This document shows, one piece after another, positions 53,601-63,451 of a stretch of DNA of 64,000 bases. The position numbers and the translations under genes are program-made. The first letter of the stretch is position 1, and every line of letters starts with the position of its first letter. The notes under the pieces were generated by a model. It was not told the DNA's origin, ran no database searches, and worked only from the letters and a program-made list of their open reading frames with translations. The stretch spans positions 23,500,001 to 23,564,000 of the forward strand of contig CM075988.1 of the NCBI GenBank assembly GCA_038087875.1, in the 5' to 3' direction. This DNA comes from Malacoraja senta. Its lineage: Eukaryota.

Positions 53601-53971
53601 CCACCCCCTATCAGTCTGAAGAAGGGTTTCGGCCCGAAACGTTACCTATTTCCTTCGCTCCATAGATGCTGCTGCACCCGCTGAGTTTCTCCAGCATTTT
53701 TGTGTACCTTCGATTTTCCAGCATCTGCAGTTCCTTCTTTAACACTTTGTCTACTCCACTGCGAAATCTCGTCAAGGTATGCCTACTTTGAAGAAGTTCT
53801 CCTCCTCTCTCCGGAGACTGTTCCACACCCAACTCGCTAACTGCCTTTTTTCCTTTCTTCTCCCCACCCCCTATCAGTCTGAAGAAGGGTTTCGGCCCGA
53901 AACGTTACCTATTTCCTTCGCTCCATAGATGCTGCTGCACCCGCTGAGTTTCTCCAGCATTTTTGTGTACC
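50613..53971 (+). repeat. Tandem array of ~12.8 x 263-bp Penelope-derived units, each with a hammerhead-like motif (retrozyme-like), flanked by a 7-bp direct repeat
   Basis: Exact 263-bp period (ORF track 50718, 50981 ... 53611). Only three substitutions noticed (51269, 52058, 52760). ATCATAC at 50606-50612 and 53972-53978. Confidence 0.95.
50721..50752 (+). ncRNA. Candidate minimal type I hammerhead ribozyme (copy 1 of 13, repeated every 263 bp)
   Basis: GU-CUGAAGA-A-GGGU(UUCG)GCCC-GAAA-C-GUU^AC: both core boxes, a 4-bp stem II with UUCG loop, palindromic ACGU stem III, NUH triplet ending at 50750. Caveat: stem I is only 2 clear bp. Confidence 0.6.
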
Positions 53972-54210
53972 ATCATACTGAAGGATCAAGATTCAAGATT
54001 CAAGAGAGTTTATTGTCATGTGTCCCAGATAGGACAATGAAATTCAGCACAACAGAACATAGTATGCATAAATAAATACAGAACTGATCAGTGTGACCAT
54101 ATACCATTGAATATATATATATACACACATAAATAAGCAGATAACGTGCAATGGGCTATTAATGTTCAGTTTTGTTTGAGTTGAGTTTAATAGCCTGATG
54201 GCTGTGGGGA

Positions 54211-54687
54211 TGAAAAAGTTCATTTAAAAGATAGACAAAGTACAAATTCTTAAGACCATACAAAGCTTTAATTTAACGTCTGACGGGTGTGAACTGAGAG
54301 ACCCAGAGGCAACAGGTTCTCACGTCTGAATCTCCAGCAGCACACACAAAGAAATACCAGAACACCGAAGCTTATATACGTACCGATATAAAACAATTTG
54401 CATGATAAAATGACAGAAAAACCATCATCCACCTCCAAATATGGAGTTGTTTTTCACTCTTTGCCAAAAGCCAGTTACCCCAATGGAATCCTCTGGGCCC
54501 CTTCTTATCTGATTAACCTCTTCAACTTACATAAAAAACTTGCAAGAGAGCTGCGAACTATTCAACTTAAAGGGAAAAAAAACCTGGCATGATAGGAGTT
54601 GTCCAAATCCCATCATGCATTACAATTGGCTCTTTACAACAGGAAAGCTTAAATATGGCAACAATCAATTAATAACTAACTCTTTCA
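54211..54687 (-). repeat. 3' LTR
   Basis: Minus strand TGAAAGAG...CTTTTTCA, with TATATAA and ATTAAA. Identical by eye to 55663-56139. Confidence 0.95.
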
Positions 54688-54716
54688 TTCCTCCCTTTTA
54701 TCATGTAATGATAACA

Positions 54717-55211
54717 CTACAGTCCTTGGTTAGTACATAGTAAAGGCTTCAGACATTTCAGTACATAGATTAAGATAATGATCAGCAGTACAATAGATCC
54801 ATAATGTATTATTATTCCCCATATGCCTCCGAACATGCTAAATGGCCACCATTCTACACCCTTATTAAAGTTATGCATTTCCTCCCCTATCTCTGTAATC
54901 TTCTTTATTTCTGCAGTAATATGTGCTGCTAAATCTGTAATGTTAGAAGATTCATCAGGGATGTAAGTACAGCATTCACGCCCCATAATAGCACATGTAC
55001 CCCCTTTCTCTGCCAGAATCTCAGTAAGGTTAAGTGGTATTGTTATGAGGGGTATTCCTTCTCCACCATTATATGGATGAGCGTACACAACCAGCATACA
55101 TTTATTATTACGAAGGGCAAATTCAAAACTCATAAACAAAAACAGATTATTTCACCAAGTCCAGTCCATATGGGCCAACCCCAGAATATAAAAGAGGGTC
55201 AATAGCCCCAT
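54717..55211 (-). pseudogene. env: Internally deleted gamma-type env (signal peptide and SU start fused to TM), with one in-frame stop
   Basis: MGLLTLFYILGLAHMDWTW*NNLFLF...EGIPLITIPLNLTE-ILAEKGGTCAIMGRECC (ISD tail and CX6CC)...hydrophobic anchor GSIVLLIIILIYVL. TGA at 55152-55154. Confidence 0.85.
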
Positions 55212-55662
55212 TGTCCTTTTTTGGTTCTCCGAACTGTTTAAAGTCAATCAGATGAATCCAACGTGGTGATCTTCAATCTTCTTGGCGGTTGATGTTGTTG
55301 ATACCACTTGGTACAGTTCTGTTCAACACAGTTTTAATTCCTTCCGTCCCAATGCCTTATCAGTATGTAGTCTGACAGTATGAACTCGTCCCTGTGTTCA
55401 ACTGGTAGTGGTATCTGCACTTCTTGTACCTTAGAATGCAGACCTGGCAAGGCATCGGTTAATTGCTGTGTATAATAATTAGTTAATCACTGAGGGCCTG
55501 TAGGTGAAACTTCCACACGTGAGTCGCACCACCAGTGGGTACGTAGCCTGTGGTCACCCTCAGTCCATAGCATCCTTCCCACAACTCGCAGTCACCCAGC
55601 CCTGCGTCACCTGCAAATCTGCCAATGCCACCATCACATTGCATTACATCGGCATACGCCAA

Positions 55663-56139
55663 TGAAAAAGTTCATTTAAAAGATAGACAAAGTACAAATT
55701 CTTAAGACCATACAAAGCTTTAATTTAACGTCTGACGGGTGTGAACTGAGAGACCCAGAGGCAACAGGTTCTCACGTCTGAATCTCCAGCAGCACACACA
55801 AAGAAATACCAGAACACCGAAGCTTATATACGTACCGATATAAAACAATTTGCATGATAAAATGACAGAAAAACCATCATCCACCTCCAAATATGGAGTT
55901 GTTTTTCACTCTTTGCCAAAAGCCAGTTACCCCAATGGAATCCTCTGGGCCCCTTCTTATCTGATTAACCTCTTCAACTTACATAAAAAACTTGCAAGAG
56001 AGCTGCGAACTATTCAACTTAAAGGGAAAAAAAACCTGGCATGATAGGAGTTGTCCAAATCCCATCATGCATTACAATTGGCTCTTTACAACAGGAAAGC
56101 TTAAATATGGCAACAATCAATTAATAACTAACTCTTTCA
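55663..56139 (-). repeat. 5' LTR
   Basis: Direct repeat of 54211-54687 at offset 1452, followed on the minus strand by T-TGGCGTA. Confidence 0.95.
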
Positions 56140-56814
56140 GGGAAGTAGCTATTCCTGAACCTGGATGTTGCAGATTTCAGGCTCCTGTACCTTCTACTTA
56201 AAGGCAGCGGGGAGATGAGTGAGTGGCCCGGATGGTGTGGATCCTTGATGATGCTGGCAGCCTTTTTGAGGCAGCGACTGCGATAGAAAAGTGTCCCGAC
56301 CGCAACACATTCTCCATATCTCTGACCGGCTGAATTACTCCAGCCCTTTGTGTCTCTTTTTGTAGATCACCATCTGCAGATCATTGTTTCTACATTTATC
56401 CTTTCGCCCTTATGTTTATCTAGTTTTCTTGACTTTGTTAGTCTCAGCCGTTCCTTCTGATAACGAGTTCTAAATTCTCGCCTTCCTTTGGGTATTGACA
56501 TTTCTACTGAATTTCCCTTTGGTATTTATTGGCCGTTCTCTTGCATTTATAACCCCCTAATTTTGGTCTCAACTACACAGACAGATCTCTACATCCAGCC
56601 TATCATGTCCTTTCAAAACACAAAATATCTCTACTTTGAAATAGTTTCTGACATTTAGAAGCTGAATGTGGTTTTAGATGCTATATTGTCTCACGTTCTA
56701 ATTTGTTCTTTCAACTTTAGGACACCCAGCACATCAGTCTTCTCTTCCACCTCAAAATCTAAAAGCTTTTGAAAATTGAACTCTAAAACTGGGTGTTAAG
56801 TTCATAAATACATG

Positions 56815-57132
56815 TTATTGGAGCAGAATTAGTCCATTCGGCCCATCAAGTCTACTCCGCCATTCAATCATGGCTGATCTATCTTTCCCTCTCAACCCCA
56901 TTCTCCTGCCTTCTCCCCATAATCCCTGACACCTGTACTAATCAAGAATCTATCAATCTTTGTCTTAAAAATATCCAATGACTTGGCCTCCACAGCCTTC
57001 TGTGGCAATGAATTCAACAGATTCACCACCCTCTGACTAAAGAAATTCCTCCTCATCTCCGTTCTAAAAGTACGTCCTTTAATTCTGATGCTGTGGCCTC
57101 TGGTTCGAGACTCTCCCACAGGTGGAAACATC
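56815..57132 (-). mobile_element. CR1 LINE 3' fragment
   Basis: MFPPVGESRTRGHSIRIKGRTFRTEMRRNFFSQRVVNL...YGEKAGEWG*. Confidence 0.85.
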
Positions 57133-57378
57133 CTGAAGAAGGGTCTCGACCCGAAACCTCACCCATTCCTTCTCTCCAGAGATGCTGCCTGTCTGTCCCG
57201 CTGAGTTACTCCAGCTTTTTGTGCCTATCTTCAGTGGAAACATCCTCCCCACATTCACTCTATCCAGGCCTATCCCTTATTTGTCTTCTTATTTTATCTT
57301 CTTTTCCCTGGACAGCTGTGAGATCGGGAGCTTGCAAGCAGTGGCCACTGACCTCTCTCCTCCTTCCCTTTGGTGTAG

Positions 57379-57507
57379 GATAGCCTGGACCTGCTGCTGA
57401 ACAAGATGGAGAAGGCCAGACTGCTGTGGGAGAAAGCAGCAACAAATTTACACTCGGACCACAAGCAGAAACTGCTTGAATTTGGGCTCAACCCGCTGGA
57501 CATCTAG
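57379..57507 (+). CDS. DRC12: DRC12/CCDC153 coding exon 6, terminal (DSLDLLLNKMEKARLLWEKAATNLHSDHKQKLLEFGLNPLDI*)
   Basis: Pyrimidine tract plus gtag| acceptor, TAG at 57505-57507. The six exons sum to 594 nt, giving 197 aa plus stop. Confidence 0.92.
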   Translation, partial: DSLDLLLNKMEKARLLWEKAATNLHSDHKQKLLEFGLNPLDI

Positions 57508-57659
57508 CGCAAGGGTGGCGGTGGTGAAACTATCCGAGTGTCCCTGTCTCCACTCAAACCTACTCACTTCCCAGTGCCCGGTGTCAGGATATTGACCATG
57601 AATCTGAAGTTCCTCTTCTTTTTTTTAGAGAATTTGTTTTAGGAAAAAGTATTCCAACA

Positions 57660-57665
57660 AATAAA
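57660..57665 (+). terminator. Candidate polyadenylation signal of DRC12
   Basis: AATAAA ~150 nt after the stop, followed by T/GT-rich sequence. A second AATAAA is at 57791. Confidence 0.55.
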
Positions 57666-59173
57666 GTCTTATTATTGTTTGATCACTTTACGATCTGGGT
57701 TTGGTACAGCATCATTTTTGTCTCAAGCAGGGCATTCTCTGAATGATTACACCATCTAAATACTGGAGAAATCCTCACTTTCAAGTGTAAAATAAAAGTC
57801 TGTTACTTTTCATCAAATCATATCCACTGATTCTAAATCTTGCAGCACATGATTTAATTCCGGTTCTGAAAATTATTATAGTCTTTCATTGTTTCTCATT
57901 CAAAGTCGTGATAGTTGCTATAAAATCACCAGTCCTCTTTATTCAAACTTGATTCCTTGTGCCAGAGGAAGTTACTTGCTGTAGTTTATTCTTTTCCCTC
58001 CCCATTCTGGACTGAGAGTGATGTGTCGTCCACCCAGATTCTCTCATTCCCCTGCACACAGGAGCAGAAACACAGAGTCGTGCCAAACCATAGTTAGGCA
58101 ACACTTTAAGTATTGTGTGACTTTCACCACACAATATGATTAAGCTCACATCATTAAGGTCATATGATTAAGGTCATAAGTGATAGGAGTGGAATTAGGC
58201 CATTCGGCCCATCATGTCTACTCTGCCATTCAATCTTGGCTGATCTATCTCTCCCTCCTAACCCCATTCTCCTGTCTTGTCCCCATAACCTCTGACACCC
58301 GCACTAATCAAGAAGGGAGGTTGCAGACAAGATGTTGCCTGGACTGGAGGGCTTGAGTTATCAGAAGCAATTGGAGAGGCATGGTCTGTTTTCCCTGGAA
58401 TGTAGGAGGCTGAGATGGTACAGGTGTACAGGATTATGAGAGGCATTGACAGAGTCTGGTTCCCATGGTAGGGGTGTAAAAAACTAAAGGATACAGGGTT
58501 AAGGTGAGAGCAGAACGAATCAAAGGGAATGTGAAGGGCAGGTTTTTCACATGGACGGTGGTGAATATACAGACCAATCTGCCAGAGGAAGTAGTACAGG
58601 TGGGTACAATTACATTATTTAAGAAGCATTTGGACAGTTAAGTGGATAGGAAAGGTTTAGAAAGATTTGGGCCAAATGGGATTAGCATAGATGGGCATCT
58701 CGATCAGCATGGGTGAGTTGGGCTGAAAGGGCTGTTTCCATACTGTGTAACTATATGAACTCTCAAATTATGAACACACACATGCACAATACACTAACTC
58801 ACAAATGCACACCAACAAAACTAGCTGCAGAATGCCTAGATTTCTCCCTATATTGCTGTTTACCAAGTTGCAAAAATGATGGATTCTCCAACCAAACGTC
58901 ATTATTGATGGCAAGTAACACCAAGCTAACTGCAGTGACAAATGCAGGAATGCATTAAAAGTTTCATCACTTTGCACACAGCTCTGAAAGGCGCTACATA
59001 ATATATACCAGGCTGGCTAAGGAACACAGACACACACATTCAGCAGTACACACACTCACACACTGCACAAACTCAGTCATGACTACTGCCCTGTCACAAA
59101 CCAGTGATGCACTTTCACTAGGGAGTAAGCACGCACTCACAGTAACACAAATGTAAATTGTCCCACTATTTAT

Positions 59174-59688
59174 AGACAATAGACAATAGACAATAGGTGC
59201 AGGAGTAGGCCATTTGGCCCTTCGAGCCAGCACCGCCATTCAATGTGATCATGGCTGATCATCCCCAATCAGTACCCCGTTCCTGCATTCTCCCCATATC
59301 CCCTGACTCCGCTATTTTTAAGAGCCCTATCTAGCTCTCTTGAAAGCATCCAGAGAACCTGCCTCCACCGCCCTCCGAGGCAGAGAATTCCACAGACTCA
59401 CAACTCTCTGTGAGAAAAAGTGTTTCCTCGTCTCCGTTCTAAATGGCTTACTCCTTATTCTTAAACCGTGGCCCCTGGTTCTGGACTCCCCCAACATCGG
59501 GAACATGTTTCCTGCCTCTAGCGTGTCCAAGCCCTTAACAATCTTATATGTTTCAATGAGATGCCCTCTCATCCTTCTAAACTCCAGAGTGTACAAGCCC
59601 AGCTGCTCCATTCTCTCAGCATACGACAGTCCCGCCATCCCGGGAATTAACCTTGTAAACCTACGCTGCACTCCCTGAATAGCAAGAA
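59174..59688 (-). mobile_element. Young CR1 LINE 3' fragment
   Basis: Open frame QRRFTRLIPGMAGLSYAERMEQLGLYTLEFRRMRG...WNSLP, (CTATTGT)n tail. Confidence 0.9.
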
Positions 59689-60316
59689 TATTGAGTATTT
59701 ATTCCATTTTTTCCCCCCCAACATCTTTGTCTCAAAAATGTACAACGATTGACCATGTCACTGGTGGGCGACGTGCGTTGTGGTAACCACTCAATAGCCC
59801 GTTAAAGGTCATGGGTAATAATTGCAGCTAACCATTCAGAGAAGTGTGAACGAAAGCAGATAGTTTACATGTGCTGTATAAAAGTATGTGGGTCTAACCA
59901 CACATGGGGAGCTGGCACGTATCACCTCAATCAAATCATCTGATCATTATCAAAATGCAGTTTGAGGGACCGTACTCTTTATAAATAGGCTGTGATATTT
60001 CCTGCTGTTGCAGTAATCACTTGACTGGGTGTGAATCTCTCTGGGAAACCCTGAGCTGGTGAAAGATACACTACAGGCATGCAGGTTTTCATTTTGATTT
60101 TACCAACTGAATGATAATAGATAAGCAGAGATATAAAATGTAAATATATAATACCCGAAAAATGCAGACAAAGGCATCAGGCAGGGATTTAATACAGGGA
60201 CAAGTGTAAGGTCAGGTAAGCCTGGTTGAATATGCTGCTCCCTGCTGCACTGCCTGAGGTGCTGTGGCTAGTACAGTGTGACAGGTCCTGAACCAAACCA
60301 TTCAATCCTTGAAGAA

Positions 60317-60448
60317 GTCTGAAGAAGGGTCTCGACCCGAAACGTCACCCATTCCTTCTCTCCAGAGATGCTGCCTGTCCCGCTGAGTTACTCCAGCATT
60401 TTGTGTCTACCTTCGGTTTAAACCGGCGCCTGCAGTTCCTTCCGACAC
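60317..60448 (+). mobile_element. Penelope terminal fragment with hammerhead-like motif (GUC variant)
   Basis: GTCTGAAGAAGGGTCTCGACCCGAAACGTCACCC... Confidence 0.8.
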
Positions 60449-61759
60449 ATTCTGTTCTTGCACCTGTTCCACTATTCCGTGAAATCCCACCTGACCAGTT
60501 TACTGTCACGTGTACCGAGGTACAGTGAAAAGCTTTTGTTGCATGCTAACCAGTCAGCAGAAAGACAATACATGATTACAATCGAGCCATCCACAGTGTA
60601 CAGATACAGGATAAAGGGAATAACGTTTAGTGCAAGATAAAGTCCAGTAAAGTCTGATTAAAGATAATCTGAGGGTCTCCAATGAGGTAGAGAGTAGCTC
60701 AGGACAGCTCTCGAGTTGTTGATAGGATGGTTCAGTTGCCTGCATCATATCAGTTGCCTGCCTTGTATCCACATCCTTAAACTTCATCAGTTTCAGATTT
60801 AAAGTTGTTGACTGAATAATTGCCTGCTTTCAGTGAGTTCATATTTCTGCTGCCCTTTTTGGTTTAAAGATACAGCATGGAAACAGACCCTTCGGCCCAC
60901 CAAGTCCATGCCGGCCATTCATCGCCTGTTCACACTGGTTCTGTGTTATTCCACTTTCCCATCCGCTCCCTACACACTATGGGGGAATTTTACACAGTCC
61001 AATTAACCTACAAACCTGGATGTCTTTGGGGTGTGGGAGGAAACTGGAGCACCCGGAGGAAACCCACGCAGAACATGCACACTCCACCCAGACAGCATTT
61101 GAGATCAGGATTGATCGTGCGTCTCCAACGCTACCAGTTGTGCCGATATGCTGCCCTTTGTACAATCCCTTTCCTTCATTGTGAAGGCTCCCTGAAAGCA
61201 CTCACCATGAGCACCACGCTGGCAAAGGTCTTCACTCTGGCCTTCAACCAGAGACACCAATAAACAGGCTTGGTCTGTGGTGACCATTTTAGAGGGATCC
61301 TAGTCATCCCTCCGTGGGAAAGCGGAGGCTGCCGGTGCAGGCTGAACATAGTTGTAGAAGCATTTTCTTCCCTGCAACTGGCCCACACCACCACACCACT
61401 GACCCACCGATCTTCAGAGATCCATGGCCCACACTCCCACATCAACATCTGTGGTACTCCATATCCCCACAGCTGACGAAGAACGGTACAGACTCTTCAG
61501 GACAGTCGGGACAGATCTTGACTCATAGACACAGTTTTCTATCAATATTTTAATGCCAAAAATTACTAGAACAGTAGAATAGGAAAAGCAGCGATACCTG
61601 TACATGTGTTTTAATGCACCACGGATATTTTTCTCCCCAAGGTATCCAGGACAGATACCTGGCCATTAATCTTTAATCATTGCAACTTTCAGTTCAATGT
61701 TCAGTGACTAGCAACCCTAGAGAAAGGGTCTCTCTTTCTCAAGGAATTTTTAGTTCAGA

Positions 61760-62120
61760 TTGATTGAGAGATACAGCACTGAAACAGGCCCTTCGGCCCA
61801 CCAACGACACCCGCAGACTAGTGCTATCCTATACACCCACTAGGGACCATTTACAATTTTACCAAGCCAATTAACCAACATATGTGCGTCTTTGGAGTGT
61901 GGGAGGAAATTGTCCCTACACACATTAGGGACAATTTACATATATACCAAGCCAATTAAACTACAAACCTGTACGTCTTTGGAGTGTGGGAGGAAACCAG
62001 AGCACCCGAGGAAAACCCACGCAGGTCACAGGGAGAATGTACAGACAGCACCCATAGTCAGGATCGAACCCGGGTCTCTGGAGTTGTAAGGCAACGACTC
62101 TACCACTGCGCCACTGTGCC
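61760..62120 (-). mobile_element. tRNA-derived V-core SINE with an internal duplication
   Basis: TGGCACAGTGGCGCAGTGGTAGAG...GACCCGGGTTCGATCC head on the minus strand. Confidence 0.8.
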
Positions 62121-62826
62121 ATGTTAAGGCAGTCTCCATTTTTATCTGTCCCTTCACCAGATATTTTATGATCGATAGGCAATGACTAGGCCAAGCAATG
62201 GATCCCACTCAGACTTTCAATGCCTTTGTTCACCGGCATTTCCTCAATCAGCAGCTTCATAGAACATTCATCATAAACCCGAGAGAGGTAGAGAGAGACC
62301 AGTGAATGTTTGACAGTGTCTCGTAACAGCTACAGTAAAACTGTAACAGTTTTATTCCTGTCCAGAGATTAACATGCAAAGTTTTCACAGACAGCAACAA
62401 GTCCCACTGCCCTTCACCCACTCCAGTCCCCAACCCTGGGCAAGTTTAATCAGCGTTAATCCTTTCCACTTTCCTCTGGGGAAGGGAACATTTGCAATAG
62501 CAGGGAGCGTTGGGGAGGGAGAAGGGGAGGAAGGAGGAGGGAGAGGGAATAGGAGAGCAGAAATCTAGGCCATTGGACTGGGGCTAATTCCAGCCCTTCC
62601 CCGTCCTCCAAAGATTCCGTGGAATTGGTGAGATTCTTTCTTTAAACAACTGAAAGATTTCGCCCCTGGAGGATGGAGAGAGGGTGGAGACCTCTGCTCC
62701 TGATGAGGGATGAGGGTGATGAAGGAGGCCGAGCCTGCTTGGACGCAGAGAGGATGATTCCACTAGTTGGAGAGTCTAGGACCAGAGGCCGTAGCCTCAG
62801 AATAATCGGACATACCTTTAGAAATG

Positions 62827-63040
62827 TTTAAGAAAGAACTGCAGATGCTGGAAAAATCGAAGGTGGACAAAAATGCTGGAGAAACTCAGCGGGTGAGGCA
62901 GCATCTATAGAGAGAAGAAATAGGCGACGTTTCGGGTCGAAACCCTTCTTCAGACTGGTCTTGACCCGAAACGTCGCCTATTCCTTCTCTCCATAGATGC
63001 TGCCTCACCCGCTGAGTTTCTCCAGCATTTTTGTCTACCT
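62827..63040. mobile_element. Inverted pair of Penelope terminal fragments inserted in a CR1 remnant
   Basis: Minus arm 62827-62956, plus arm ~62957-63040. Perfect 14-bp TSD TACCTTTAGAAATG (62813-62826, 63041-63054). Confidence 0.85.
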
Positions 63041-63327
63041 TACCTTTAGAAATGAGATGAGGAGGAATTTCTTTAGTCAGAGGGTGGTGAATCTGTGAAT
63101 TCTGCTCCTGTAACTTCTGAACCTATGCTTTTGGGGGAAACCCGTGCCTTTACACCCAATGTTTTCCATTCTATTGCTTGTTTCCTTCCCCAACAAAGCG
63201 CTTGTCAAGTTTCAGAAGATCAATCGGTTTGTCTGTATAAACTCACACTCCAACCTCTCCCCAGTCGGCCCTTCTCAGTGAACTGGTCGGAGGTGAAAGA
63301 GACAGCGTCGCTCAGTGTAGACGGGGA

Positions 63328-63447
63328 TCACGGCGGGGATCCGATTGTGCAGTACGTGGGATTAATGGTCTCTTGGTTGCCACAGCTATGGATGTGAAGC
63401 AGGCTGTGATACTGAGCATCCGTGGACACCTCCCCTACATCAGGCAC
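63328..63447 (-). CDS. Possible terminal coding exon of an unidentified gene (VPDVGEVSTDAQYHSLLHIHSCGNQETINPTYCTIGSPP*)
   Basis: ttctattttgcag|GTG acceptor, unique CpG-containing sequence, 39 open codons in phase 0. No homology recognised. Confidence 0.35.
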   Translation of the reverse strand: MPDVGEVSTDAQYHSLLHIHSCGNQETINPTYCTIGSPP

Positions 63448-63451
63448 CTGC

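Larger units (their letters stand above)
54211..56139 (-). mobile_element. Non-autonomous class I (gamma/epsilon-like) endogenous retrovirus, 1929 bp
   Basis: Two 477-bp TG...CA LTRs. 4-bp TSD GGGA (54207-54210, 56140-56143). TGG-starting PBS-like site at 55661. PPT AAAAGGGAGGAA next to the 3' LTR. Integrase C-terminal remnant (YQVVSTTSTAKKIE, RWIHLIDFK) and env remnant. Confidence 0.92.

Noticed and set aside
50613..53971. CRISPR array, or tandem gene family of 73-aa minus-strand ORFs
   Set aside because: There are no unique spacers and the context is eukaryotic. The 73-aa ORF is the antisense reading of the repeat, and similar peptides appear wherever the Penelope end occurs.
54398..54740. 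Duplicated small ORFs (also at 55850-56201)
   Set aside because: They are incidental frames within the two LTR copies.
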